Assembly (NCBI GenBank): GCA_027460535.1
Contig: JAPZAR010000022.1
Span: 109,886 to 141,885 of the forward strand
Length of the DNA: 32,000 nt
From: Candidatus Methanoperedens sp.
Lineage (GTDB): Archaea > Halobacteriota > Methanosarcinia > Methanosarcinales > Methanoperedenaceae
Direction: 5' to 3'
Shown here: positions 1 to 8,908 of the stretch, piece by piece
How the letters are laid out: every line of letters begins with the position of its first letter
Numbering within the stretch: the first letter of the stretch is position 1
Program-made: the position numbers and the translations under genes
The notes under the pieces: generated by a model
What the model saw: the letters and a program-made list of their open reading frames with translations, nothing else
Database searches by the model: none
What the model was told of the DNA's origin: nothing

Positions 1-781
1 CATTCAACCAATCTCCCCTCGTTAATCCGTAGATTATGACAACAAGAATGCAAAGTGCCGACCCACCTATTACGAAATTCCGTACCAGTGATCCGGTCTC
101 TTTCTTGAGCAATGTATCTTCCTGGTTGATGGTCGAGAGAGCCTTGCCAATCTTTCCCATCTCGGTGTGCATTCCCGTCGATGTCGCTTTCACCATTCCA
201 TGACCATGGACAACCATAGTCCCGGAATATACGAATGGCAAATCGTCTCCCCCAGGGTGCGCAGACTGCTCCTTACCATCCCAGCGGGATTTTCTCACTG
301 CCAGCGACTCACCTGTGAGAAGTGATTCATCCACGAGAAGATTCGAGCAAAAAAGCACACCGCCATCGGCCGGGACCCTGTCCCCCTCTCTCAAAATAAA
401 AATGTCCTCCCTGACGAGTTCTCGCCCCGGGATCCTTTTTTGTTTTCCGTTTCTTATCACAAGGGCCCTGGGGCTTGACATGCTTTTTAGAGACTCTAAC
501 GCACGCTCCGTCTTTTTCTCCTGGTAGAAGGTTATGCCTATGACAACGAACACAAACAGGAGCAGCATTATAGCATCGTTTTTCTCTCCGATCAATAAAT
601 AAATTGAACCAGCGCCTAAAAGAAGCAGCAGCATCGGGTCAAGTATCACATTCAATAGTATGGAAAAAATATTCTGTCTTTTTTGGGATGGAAGCTCGTT
701 ATAGCCTTCCAGTTCAATCCTTTTTTCAGCATCCTCTTCCGAAAGTCCGGATACGCTTTCCTCATCGAGCATTTTTTCCAT
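1..781 (-). CDS. P-type cation-transporting ATPase (Ca2+/cation E1-E2 type), N-terminal part; the gene continues past the left edge
   Basis: Not in the ORF track because it is open at the edge. My translation from the ATG at 781 gives MEKMLDEESVSGLSEEDAEKRIELEGYNELPSQKRQNIFSILLNVILDPMLLLLLGAGSIYLLIGEKNDAIMLL...ALVIRNGKQKRIPGRELVREDIFILREGDRVPADG...LLVDESLLTGES. This is the typical Cation_ATPase_N domain, TM1-2 and actuator-domain pattern. Confidence 0.85.
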   Translation of the reverse strand, partial: MEKMLDEESVSGLSEEDAEKRIELEGYNELPSQKRQNIFSILLNVILDPMLLLLLGAGSIYLLIGEKNDAIMLLLFVFVVIGITFYQEKKTERALESLKSMSSPRALVIRNGKQKRIPGRELVREDIFILREGDRVPADGGVLFCSNLLVDESLLTGESLAVRKSRWDGKEQSAHPGGDDLPFVYSGTMVVHGHGMVKATSTGMHTEMGKIGKALSTINQEDTLLKKETGSLVRNFVIGGSALCILVVIIYGLTRGDWLN

Positions 782-937
782 AGTCAACCAAATCAATCAT
801 TTTATCCCGCCAAATTATCTGAGATTAACAAATCAATCTCATATATATTTGTTTCAATTTCAAATTATTTGTTTTCAAAAAGAAGGAATCAAATGTTCTG
901 TTAGCTTTAAATATCGCCACTATAATGTAGTTACCCC

Positions 938-2041
938 ATGGATTTTGCAAACTACACCGCGTTCATTGACAGCCAGATTTCCCACTCTTTTGGTCTCGGA
1001 GCTCAGGCTACCGATGTCACGGTCGCGCTGATTATAGTTGCAGTCTTTGCTGTACTCGCAAGAATCACTGCATACCTGTTGCACGTGATTCTCCCGAGGT
1101 TTACCGCAAAGACAGAGACAACGCTGGACGATGAACTCATTAGAGCATTACAACGGCCAATCCAGCTCTTTGTAATGGTGACAGGATTCAGCCTTGCTGT
1201 GCATTCACTTGAGATGGGAACCGTATATTTTGAATCATTTGACAAGATTATGTCGATCCTGTTTATCCTTCTCGGGGCATACCTTGTATCCAACATTGTT
1301 CATGGCTTGATACAGTGGTATTCGAACGACATAGCTCCCAGGACGAAATCCAAACTCGATGACCAGCTGATGCCCTTCCTGGACAAGGTGGATAGGATCG
1401 TTGTATTTGCAATAGCCCTGCTGATGATACTCGATAGGCTCGGCTACCCGATAACTCCGGTGCTGGCAAGCCTTGGTGTTGCGGGCATAGCTGTAGCATT
1501 TGCCGCCCAGGAAACTCTCTCAAATGTATTTGGTGCTTTCTCTATACTGACTGACAGGCCTTTCAAGATAGGGGACAGGATCGAAATATCAGATACCGAG
1601 ATCGGGGATGTGGTTGATATAGGGGTACGCAGCACACGGATTAAGACCGCAGACAATAAGGTAATAATTCTGCCAAATTCCGTGATTTCCAAAGGAAAGA
1701 TCGTGAACTATGCTGAACCCGACATAAGGGTAAGATTCACGATCAAAGTCTCGATAAGTTATAAGTCCAATATAGATCAAGCCCTTGAGACGATGATCGA
1801 AATTGCAAAAAACACCGAAGGCGTGATACAAAATCCGGTTCCGAGGGCATATGTGGTGACACTTTCAAGTTACAGCATAGACCTTGTAATGCATGTATGG
1901 GTGAAAGATTACCGGCTTGAGTTCGAGGTGCCTGATCGAATATACAGGGAGATAATCAGGAGATTCGCAGAGGAAAAGATCGAGATACCATACCCCATAA
2001 CAACGATAATCAGGTCGCCGCCTGAACAAATTAATCCATAA
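938..2041 (+). CDS. Small-conductance mechanosensitive channel (MscS family)
   Basis: 367-aa ORF with N-terminal TM helices followed by the MscS core motif TLSNVFGAFSILTDRPFKIGDRIEI...GDVVDIGVRSTRIKTADNKVIILPNS. Confidence 0.85.
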   Translation: MDFANYTAFIDSQISHSFGLGAQATDVTVALIIVAVFAVLARITAYLLHVILPRFTAKTETTLDDELIRALQRPIQLFVMVTGFSLAVHSLEMGTVYFESFDKIMSILFILLGAYLVSNIVHGLIQWYSNDIAPRTKSKLDDQLMPFLDKVDRIVVFAIALLMILDRLGYPITPVLASLGVAGIAVAFAAQETLSNVFGAFSILTDRPFKIGDRIEISDTEIGDVVDIGVRSTRIKTADNKVIILPNSVISKGKIVNYAEPDIRVRFTIKVSISYKSNIDQALETMIEIAKNTEGVIQNPVPRAYVVTLSSYSIDLVMHVWVKDYRLEFEVPDRIYREIIRRFAEEKIEIPYPITTIIRSPPEQINP

Positions 2042-2214
2042 TCCTTTTCTATTTTTCTTCGGGCGGTTTCAGGTGCTTGAAATTGAAGCAAAAGATCTCG
2101 ATACCTGCGGCAGAGCGCATTCCGCGATATCAAGAACCAATCTTTCCCATGCGGTGCCCCGTTCCTCAGGATAGATATCCCATATATTTCACGATTGCAA
2201 CCGGTTCTATAGAA

Positions 2215-3471
2215 TTATTTGTTCTCTTTCACGCCGTTTAACTTAAATAATTCCGCCACAGTATCCAGGAACCTTTCATCGTTATGCTCTGCCGCATTTC
2301 TGAGTATCTTTGTCGGCTCGGCAAGGATCTGGTTGGCAAAAGAATGCGTCATGTCATCCAGAACCTCTCTCTCAATATCCCCAATAGTATGCCTGGACTT
2401 GAGTTTATTTATGGCCGCTTCGCGCTCTTTTTCCCGGATATCTTCTACCTTTGAATAAAGCGCTGAGATGATCTTATCCGCCTGCTGGCGCTTGTATTGC
2501 TTCTTGAGGAGGCCGAGTTCTTCTTCGATTATGAGTTCGGCTTTTTTTGCCTCTTCTCTTCGCTTTGCAAGGTTCGCCTCGCTTATGCTTTTCAGGCCGT
2601 CGATGTTGTGCAGCTTGACATCCGGTATTTCCCCCACCGTACTCTCTATATTTCGAGGGTTCCCTATATCGATAAGCATTATCTCTTTTTTTCTCTTTTC
2701 CATTATGCCTGACATTATTTCCTGCGTCAGGACGAAATGCGGTGCTGAAGTGGCACTTATAACCACATCCGATATCGGGATGTAGTCCTGCATCAACTCA
2801 TATCTGATAGCTTTGCCTTGCAGCTCGCATGCCAGGGCTTCTGCTTTATCAAATGTCCTGTTGGCTACGTAAATGACTTTTATGTTCTTGTTTGCAAGGG
2901 CCTTTGCCACGAGGGTTCCCATTTCTCCTGCACCTATGACCATCACCGTCTTCCCCTCCAGACCGCATAGTCCCTGGTCAGCAAGTTCGACCGCGGCAGA
3001 GCCGATGGATATAGAACCTTTATTTATTCCGGTTTCGTTCCGAACGCGCTTTCCCACCTGGATAGCCTTATTGAATGCAGTATCAAGGGTTTTTCCAATA
3101 GCCCCCGCCTTTTTTGCCATTATGAACAATTCTTTGACCTGGCCGAGTATCTGGTCTTCGCCGACTATCATTGACTCAAGCCCGCAGGTGAGGCGCAAAA
3201 GATGGCGGAGTGATTCCTCATGGTCAAGGAAATCCACGATCCGGGATGAGACTTTCATTCTCTTTGCGAACTCAAAAAGAACTTTGCTCCCTTTCGGAGA
3301 AACCACGTAAACTTCAACACGGTTGCATGTTTTAAGTACGGCACATTCCTCAACGAGTTCATGGGATTTAAGTCGGATCAAAAGCTGGTCGATGCCGCCA
3401 TGCCATGCGCCCTCCATCTCATCGATGGTGGCTTTGGAATGCGTAATAAGCATACTTGATATTTCACTCAT
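2215..3471 (-). CDS. hemA: Glutamyl-tRNA reductase
   Basis: 418 aa. Contains TCNRVEVY (catalytic Cys region), GEDQILGQVK and a Rossmann motif VIGAGEMG. Its start overlaps the stop of the upstream sirC-like gene by 4 nt. Confidence 0.9.
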   Translation of the reverse strand: MSEISSMLITHSKATIDEMEGAWHGGIDQLLIRLKSHELVEECAVLKTCNRVEVYVVSPKGSKVLFEFAKRMKVSSRIVDFLDHEESLRHLLRLTCGLESMIVGEDQILGQVKELFIMAKKAGAIGKTLDTAFNKAIQVGKRVRNETGINKGSISIGSAAVELADQGLCGLEGKTVMVIGAGEMGTLVAKALANKNIKVIYVANRTFDKAEALACELQGKAIRYELMQDYIPISDVVISATSAPHFVLTQEIMSGIMEKRKKEIMLIDIGNPRNIESTVGEIPDVKLHNIDGLKSISEANLAKRREEAKKAELIIEEELGLLKKQYKRQQADKIISALYSKVEDIREKEREAAINKLKSRHTIGDIEREVLDDMTHSFANQILAEPTKILRNAAEHNDERFLDTVAELFKLNGVKENK

Positions 3472-4112
3472 TCTATCTTACCTATATGTTTTGAAGCTTC
3501 TTTATATGCTTTTTCATACGATTCCTCAAGCGCGATCCATACGTCATTATCATTGATTATATTCCACAATATCTCCCTGCGTTTTTTCTGGTCATCTACC
3601 TTCAATTTCAGCAGTTCACGGATTTCGTTTTGGAGCTGCGACATCCGCTCAAATCCGGGAGTTATTACTTTTTCGATCCTCTGCCTGATATACTTTGAAA
3701 GCGCAGGGCTCTGGCCAAGAGTAGATATCCCTATTATGATATCCCCGCGCCTGATCACAGAAGGAACAATGATATCACCTGTATCATCAACCCGGTTTAC
3801 CAGCATGCCCTCCTGCCATGATATTTGGGCAATTTTCTCATTCAAGGCAGCATCGTTCGTCGCCGGGATGACTATGAAAGCATTATCCAGGTAGCGAGCC
3901 GTGTCCTTTTCAACAAGGTTTTCTACCCTCACCAGTTTTATTTTACCCTGCTCAGAAAGCCTGATCAATGAAGGAGTGAATTCACGGCTCACAACTGTTA
4001 CTCTGGCATGATCACAAAAAAGCAATGCCTTGCGTTCACCGACGTTTCCACCTCCAAAAATGATCACTTCTTTTCCCGAAAGGTCAAGCATCAGAGGAAG
4101 AAATTTCTTCAT
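3468..4112 (-). CDS. sirC: Precorrin-2 dehydrogenase / sirohydrochlorin ferrochelatase (SirC / CysG N-terminal-domain type)
   Basis: 214 aa with N-terminal IIFGGGNVGERK Rossmann motif and the family-typical GDIIIGISTLGQSPALSKYIRQRIE. It has 4-nt overlaps with the genes on both sides. Confidence 0.8.
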   Translation of the reverse strand: MKKFLPLMLDLSGKEVIIFGGGNVGERKALLFCDHARVTVVSREFTPSLIRLSEQGKIKLVRVENLVEKDTARYLDNAFIVIPATNDAALNEKIAQISWQEGMLVNRVDDTGDIIVPSVIRRGDIIIGISTLGQSPALSKYIRQRIEKVITPGFERMSQLQNEIRELLKLKVDDQKKRREILWNIINDNDVWIALEESYEKAYKEASKHIGKIE

Positions 4113-4567
4113 AGCCTCACGCCAGTTTTCTTGAACTCCCTTTCACTGAATAGTATGCTGTAATCACTGATCCCCGCTGCAATGGATATCTGCTTTGCGA
4201 CCTTTTCACATTCTTCGCGCGAATAGGCGTGGATCATGGTAAAGAGGTTATATTTCCAACCCGGGAAGCGCGGGCGTTCATAACAATGGGTGACTTCCGG
4301 GAAACCCGCCATTATTGCCCCGACCTCTTCCACTTTTTCGTCAGGAACATTCCATGTGCACATGGCATTTGCTGTTATTCCGACAGCCCTGTGCCCTATT
4401 GAAGCGCCAAAACGCCTGATCACGCCTTCTTTAATAAGTTTGTCAAGTCTTTCCAGAACTTCGTTCTCGGGGATTTCGATCTCCCGCGCTATTTGTTTGA
4501 ACGGAAGAGATACTATTGGTATTCCATCCTGCGTTGATTTCAAGAGCTTTACATCAGTCTGATCCAT
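4109..4567 (-). CDS. Siroheme decarboxylase subunit (AhbA/AhbB, NirD/L/G/H-like Lrp/AsnC fold)
   Basis: 152 aa. N-terminal HTH-like segment (LLKSTQDGIPIVSLPFKQIAREIEIPENEVLERLDKLIKEGVIRRFG) plus C-terminal VTHCYERP...YNLFTMIH. It is the first gene of the operon with sirC and hemA. I cannot tell A from B by eye. Confidence 0.75.
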   Translation of the reverse strand: MDQTDVKLLKSTQDGIPIVSLPFKQIAREIEIPENEVLERLDKLIKEGVIRRFGASIGHRAVGITANAMCTWNVPDEKVEEVGAIMAGFPEVTHCYERPRFPGWKYNLFTMIHAYSREECEKVAKQISIAAGISDYSILFSEREFKKTGVRL

Positions 4568-4782
4568 GTTAACAGATTAATTTATTTCAATTATATGCTT
4601 ATCAATACCTTAATCATGCGCTTATGGAAAGAACACATTGATAAAGATATTCTTACGGAAAAAATCAAGAACATAACTATGATAAATACCGCTATAGAAA
4701 TCCTTAACGAAGTGGTTATGGTTAATCAGAGATGAAATAATCAGAGGCAATATTGATTATCCGGCAGGGCAATAAAAAGGCA

Positions 4783-5352
4783 ATGCTCGATACGACAAAA
4801 GAGTATATCAGGACATTATTAAGACCTCTTGCCAAAAAGATCATTGGGGTAAATCCAAACACTATAACCTTTTTAGGTCTATCATTAAGCCTTTTGTCAG
4901 CAGTCTTCTTTGCAAGGGGCGAAGTTTTGATCGCGGGTATTGTTCTTCTTGCAGGCGGTTTTTTTGATGCTTTCGATGGGGCAGTGGCACGGGAAAATAA
5001 CAGGATAACAAAATACGGGGGGTTCCTGGATTCCGTGTGCGACAGGTTTGCAGATTCCGGAGTTATCATAGGTGCGATGTATGGTGGTCTTGCTGTTTTC
5101 TCCCCTTTCCCTGAGTGGTTCATCGGTACCCTGGCGATCGTTGGCTCCCTGATGGTAAGTTACACCAGAGCGCGCGCGGAGGCTGCGGGTGCCAGCGCTT
5201 CAGTGGGAATAGGAGACAGGCCTGCCAGGGTATCAATAATAATAATCGGGGCATTTCTCGACAAGGTCAGCTGGGCAATTCTTCTCGTTGCCATACTTTC
5301 ATTTATCACGGTCTTCCAGAGAATCGCATACGTTAAAAAAATACTTAAATAA
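4783..5352 (+). CDS. CDP-alcohol phosphatidyltransferase, probably archaetidylinositol-phosphate (AIP) synthase
   Basis: CDP-OH_P_transferase motif GGFFDAFDGAVAR...GGFLDSVCDRFAD. Small polytopic protein in the neighbourhood of myo-inositol-1-phosphate synthase. The track ORF starts at a TTG (4753). I prefer the ATG at 4783 (MLDTTKEY...). Confidence 0.8.
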   Translation: MLDTTKEYIRTLLRPLAKKIIGVNPNTITFLGLSLSLLSAVFFARGEVLIAGIVLLAGGFFDAFDGAVARENNRITKYGGFLDSVCDRFADSGVIIGAMYGGLAVFSPFPEWFIGTLAIVGSLMVSYTRARAEAAGASASVGIGDRPARVSIIIIGAFLDKVSWAILLVAILSFITVFQRIAYVKKILK

Positions 5353-5373
5353 CAACTTTTAAGTCAGATAAAG
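5180..5373 (+). repeat. Direct repeat copy 1, equal to the native 3' end plus stop codon of the AIP synthase gene
   Basis: Aligns by eye with 6266-6460. I count 12 substitutions in the first ~135 bp, then a perfectly identical final ~57 bp (ccagagaatcgcatacgttaaaaaaatacttaaataacaacttttaagtcagataaa) that spans the stop codon. Confidence 0.9.
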
Positions 5374-5551
5374 CTAAAATAATAACTTTTAAGCACGTTG
5401 ATATTCTAACGCTACTTCGGATCCAAACCTTATAGATTTTTATCTACTTTTTTTATGAAAATAGTTGAGATATTTAAAAATGATTGTATAATAACATATC
5501 ATTAAAATGGGGGTAAAGTGTAAGTAATCCTATGTTTATAGAGGTATCTCT

Positions 5552-5818
5552 ATGCAATTTGGAGCTGTTCTGAAAAAGAAGGCTGAAATATTGGCTCTTA
5601 TCTCTTTATCCGTAATAATGGATGTTATCCCAATTATTCTAATTATGGCGGGAATATGGATTTTGAAATATTTCTCGAAATTTTTTGGTTTTGAAGAAGC
5701 CCCTTTCATCATGATATTAACAACCTTTTCAGAGATGTTTATGATAATTCTTTATATAATACTTGCTCTTGTCAGTATTTACAGCATCTATAAGTTATTT
5801 AAAGAAGGAGAACTATAA
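5552..5818 (+). CDS. Small hydrophobic membrane protein (about 3 TM), unknown family
   Basis: 88-aa ORF with a GAGGT about 8 nt upstream of the ATG and clear TM-like hydrophobic blocks. It lies in an AT-rich insert. Confidence 0.5.
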   Translation: MQFGAVLKKKAEILALISLSVIMDVIPIILIMAGIWILKYFSKFFGFEEAPFIMILTTFSEMFMIILYIILALVSIYSIYKLFKEGEL

Positions 5819-5827
5819 ATTCTATAT

Positions 5828-6196
5828 ATGGTTTCTATTAAGACTATGTCTGGAAAAGAAATTATCAAGAGCTATTTTCTAGGTATAGGGTATCTTTTCA
5901 TGCTGACTATGGTAGGTGTATTAGTTGTTACAATTTACAATTCTGTTTCCCCCATCGATATAAATTCTGTTAAATCAGTACAGACAGTTGCGCTTATTTT
6001 TACTACGGTTCTTAGCATAGACACGATACTTCTAATTTTTAATAAACCCACTCCCACTCTTATAATAACACTGATACTAATCTCACCAATATTGGTGATA
6101 TACAAACTTATTAAGAGCACGGATCTTATCCAGATTAACCGATACACTCCTGCAAAGATTAAAAAATATGTACCGCCAAAGGTTATCAGTGGATAA
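5828..6196 (+). CDS. Small hydrophobic membrane protein (about 3 TM), unknown family
   Basis: 122-aa ORF starting 9 nt after the previous stop, with TM-like blocks and the same AT-rich composition. Confidence 0.5.
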   Translation: MVSIKTMSGKEIIKSYFLGIGYLFMLTMVGVLVVTIYNSVSPIDINSVKSVQTVALIFTTVLSIDTILLIFNKPTPTLIITLILISPILVIYKLIKSTDLIQINRYTPAKIKKYVPPKVISG

Positions 6197-6265
6197 ATAA
6201 TAATATTCTTTGCAGCGGCAAGAAAGTCTGAACATACGATATGATGTTCGTCTGAGTCGTGTTAT

Positions 6266-6460
6266 AGGCTACGGGTGCCAGCGCTGCAATGGGAATAGGA
6301 GACAGGCCTGTCAGGGTATCAATAATAATAATCGGCGCATTTCTCAACATGGTCAGCTGGGCAATTCTTCTCGTTGCTGTCCTTTCATTTATTACGGTAT
6401 TCCAGAGAATCGCATACGTTAAAAAAATACTTAAATAACAACTTTTAAGTCAGATAAAAG
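6266..6460 (+). repeat. Direct repeat copy 2 (displaced duplicate of the AIP synthase 3' end)
   Basis: See copy 1. The offset is 1086-1087 bp. Confidence 0.9.
6268..6438 (+). pseudogene. Orphan C-terminal 56-codon fragment homologous to the AIP synthase tail
   Basis: In the gene's own frame copy 2 reads ATGASAAMGIGDRPVRVSIIIIGAFLNMVSWAILLVAVLSFITVFQRIAYVKKILK*. An in-frame TAG sits immediately upstream (6265-6267). The track ORFs 5115..5336 and 6210..6422 are off-frame readings of the same repeat. Confidence 0.7.
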
Positions 6461-6482
6461 TTATCACTGGAAGGGTATTAAC

Positions 6483-7547
6483 ATGGCTGAGATTAGAATT
6501 GCACTAGCAGGTGTAGGTAATTGCGCTTCATCTTTGATACAGGGACTGAATTACTATAGGGATGTCAAAAAATCAGACGTACTTGTTCCTGGACTGATGC
6601 ATAATTCCCTGGGAGGATATCTTATCTCGGACATAAAACCTGTTGCAGCATTTGATGTTGATAAGAGGAAGGTAGATACGGACCTATCCGAGGCTATTTT
6701 TTCAGAACCTAATTGTACAAAAAAGTTCTCCGATGTAACCGGGATGGATGTTGCGGTGATGAAAGGTCAGGTTCTGGACGGTGTGGCACCGCATATGAAA
6801 GATTATTTCCTTGTGGATGACAAACAAAAACCAGTAGACGTTGCATCGGTTTTGAAAAAAACAAAAGCCGATATATTGATAAATTACCTTCCGGTAGGTT
6901 CCGAAGAGGCGGTCAAATGGTATGCTTCGCAGGCACTTGAGGCAGGATGCGCTTTCATAAACTGCATCCCGGTATTCATTGCTTCGGATAAGCAGTGGGC
7001 GGAAAAATTCAAGAGAGCGAAACTCCCTGTGATAGGCGACGACATAAAAAGCCTCGTAGGAGCAACGATCGTGCACAGGACATTGACGCAGATGATACTT
7101 GACCGCGGAGCGAGAATAGACAGCACTTACCAGTTGAATATCGGGGGTAATACCGATTTCAGGAACATGACGGACCAGTCCAGGCTTAAATCCAAGAAGA
7201 TCTCCAAGACAGAATCAGTGGCTTCGCAGATACCCTATGATGCCTACGTTTATGCAGGCCCCAACGGCTGCATTGACTGCCTTAACGATAACAAGGTATG
7301 TCACCTGAAGATCGATTTCAGGCTCTTTGGAGATGTCCCGGCTTACATCGATCTGAAACTTTCAGTTGAAGACAGCCCGAACAGTGCCGGCGTTGTGGTG
7401 GATGCCATCCGCGTTGCGAAAATCGCACTTGATAGAAAGATCGGCGGACCGGTAATACCAGCATCAGCATATTTCATGAAGCACCCTCCGCAGCAGATGC
7501 GAGAGGGAGAGGCGCGCCAGGAACTGGAAGAGTTCATCAAAGGCTGA
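6483..7547 (+). CDS. ino1: myo-Inositol-1-phosphate (inositol-3-phosphate) synthase
   Basis: 354 aa. Contains IALAGVGNCASSLIQGLNYY, VPGLMH, LPVGSEEA, IPVFIASD, VIGDDIKSLVGATIVHRTL and QLNIGGNTDF...SKKISKT. This matches the prokaryotic Ino1 family closely. Confidence 0.92.
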   Translation: MAEIRIALAGVGNCASSLIQGLNYYRDVKKSDVLVPGLMHNSLGGYLISDIKPVAAFDVDKRKVDTDLSEAIFSEPNCTKKFSDVTGMDVAVMKGQVLDGVAPHMKDYFLVDDKQKPVDVASVLKKTKADILINYLPVGSEEAVKWYASQALEAGCAFINCIPVFIASDKQWAEKFKRAKLPVIGDDIKSLVGATIVHRTLTQMILDRGARIDSTYQLNIGGNTDFRNMTDQSRLKSKKISKTESVASQIPYDAYVYAGPNGCIDCLNDNKVCHLKIDFRLFGDVPAYIDLKLSVEDSPNSAGVVVDAIRVAKIALDRKIGGPVIPASAYFMKHPPQQMREGEARQELEEFIKG

Positions 7548-7549
7548 AA

Positions 7550-8869
7550 TCAGCCTATGATCTTCATTCTTGATACTCTAACCGTGGGTGTAATAATATT
7601 CCCCACTTTTCGGACATCCTTTCCAATTCCGTCTATGCCCTGAAGCACATCGAATATGTTCCCGGAGATCATCATTGACTTTATCGGCGAATGGATCTCG
7701 CCATTCTTTATCAGGAACGAATTCCGTGCCTCGACTGAAAAATCGCCCGAAATGGGATTTGCTGTATGCGCCCCAATTACCGTATTCACTACAACGCCAT
7801 CCCGGCTATCGGCAATAATATCGAAAGACGGATGCTCAATTATCAGGTTGCGTATCCCAACCGAAGGCGTAGAAGTGAAAGACCCCCTGACCGCATTACC
7901 GGTACTTTCTTTCTTCTCCTTCCCCGCAGTATAACAATCATAAAGGAAACTGGACAGCACACCTTTTGTTATAACCCGGTTCCTTTTTGAAGGCGTACCC
8001 TCATCATCGGAAGCAGCAGTTCCGATGCCTCCCGGAAATGTACCATCGTCAATAATAGAAAGTTCACCCGCTGCGATATTGCTACCCATTTTTCCGATCA
8101 ATGCCGAACGTCCTTTCTGCACATTGTCAGCGTTCAGCGATGAAATGAGCGTGTTCTCAAGAATATCAGCAAAGGCAAGAGGTTCAAGCAGCACGACCGT
8201 ATCTCGCGATTCTGTAGGAATGCCATTTTGCGACCGAGAAGCGAGACTTGATGCTTTTTCTCCAATCCTGTAAAAATCGATATCAAGTTTCCTTGATACG
8301 TCAAATTCCGAAGCAGTTGATATCGAAGCGCTCTTTGCGATTGTGTCTATTGAAGCTTCTGAAATGGAATCTTTCTGGTCTATCTCGACACCGTGGGAAT
8401 TAATGATGAGATTTTCCGAAGATGCACAGACAAGGTGCCCTGAAGTCGGCTCCACGTGATGAACGGACTTTGCCCCATCGATCATATCCATGGTAAAATC
8501 GATGCACGACTCTATATCAATATCAGCAATCCTTCTGTCAAAAACGTCCTTTACGGCAGGCAGTCTTTTCTTCTCAGGAAGCCCTGACCAATCCGGGTCG
8601 AAATTCCTTACCTTTGCTGATTTAACTGCAAGTACACAGGCGTCATTCAAATGTTCAGGATCATTTGTACTTGAAAATCCTACAGCACCGTTCACGATAA
8701 CCCTGATCCCGATCCCCTGGAGAAGACTCTCCTTCGCCAGGTCAATTTCATCCCTGTGCACATCGATAGTTACAGATCTCCCCTTGATGCAATAAATTTC
8801 AGCCTCATCAGCCCCCGCTTTCTTTGCATAATCAAGCGCGCTGTATGCAAGCTCAAAAATGTCGGTCAT
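7550..8869 (-). CDS. PmbA/TldD-family metalloprotease
   Basis: 439 aa with the family-typical layout, including the C-terminal ...NPISGDFSVEARNSFLIKNGEI...ISGNIFDVL segment. Confidence 0.8.
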   Translation of the reverse strand: MTDIFELAYSALDYAKKAGADEAEIYCIKGRSVTIDVHRDEIDLAKESLLQGIGIRVIVNGAVGFSSTNDPEHLNDACVLAVKSAKVRNFDPDWSGLPEKKRLPAVKDVFDRRIADIDIESCIDFTMDMIDGAKSVHHVEPTSGHLVCASSENLIINSHGVEIDQKDSISEASIDTIAKSASISTASEFDVSRKLDIDFYRIGEKASSLASRSQNGIPTESRDTVVLLEPLAFADILENTLISSLNADNVQKGRSALIGKMGSNIAAGELSIIDDGTFPGGIGTAASDDEGTPSKRNRVITKGVLSSFLYDCYTAGKEKKESTGNAVRGSFTSTPSVGIRNLIIEHPSFDIIADSRDGVVVNTVIGAHTANPISGDFSVEARNSFLIKNGEIHSPIKSMMISGNIFDVLQGIDGIGKDVRKVGNIITPTVRVSRMKIIG

Positions 8870-8908
8870 AGGAACACTTAATTAAAACCGGAGCTGATAA
8901 AGATACCC

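Noticed and set aside
5115-6422. Track ORFs 5115..5336 and 6210..6422 encode near-identical odd peptides (..GNRRQACQGINNNNR..QLGNSSRC..).
   Set aside because: They are off-frame translations of the two copies of the 194-bp repeat. The real frame is that of the AIP synthase tail, so they are not paralogous genes.
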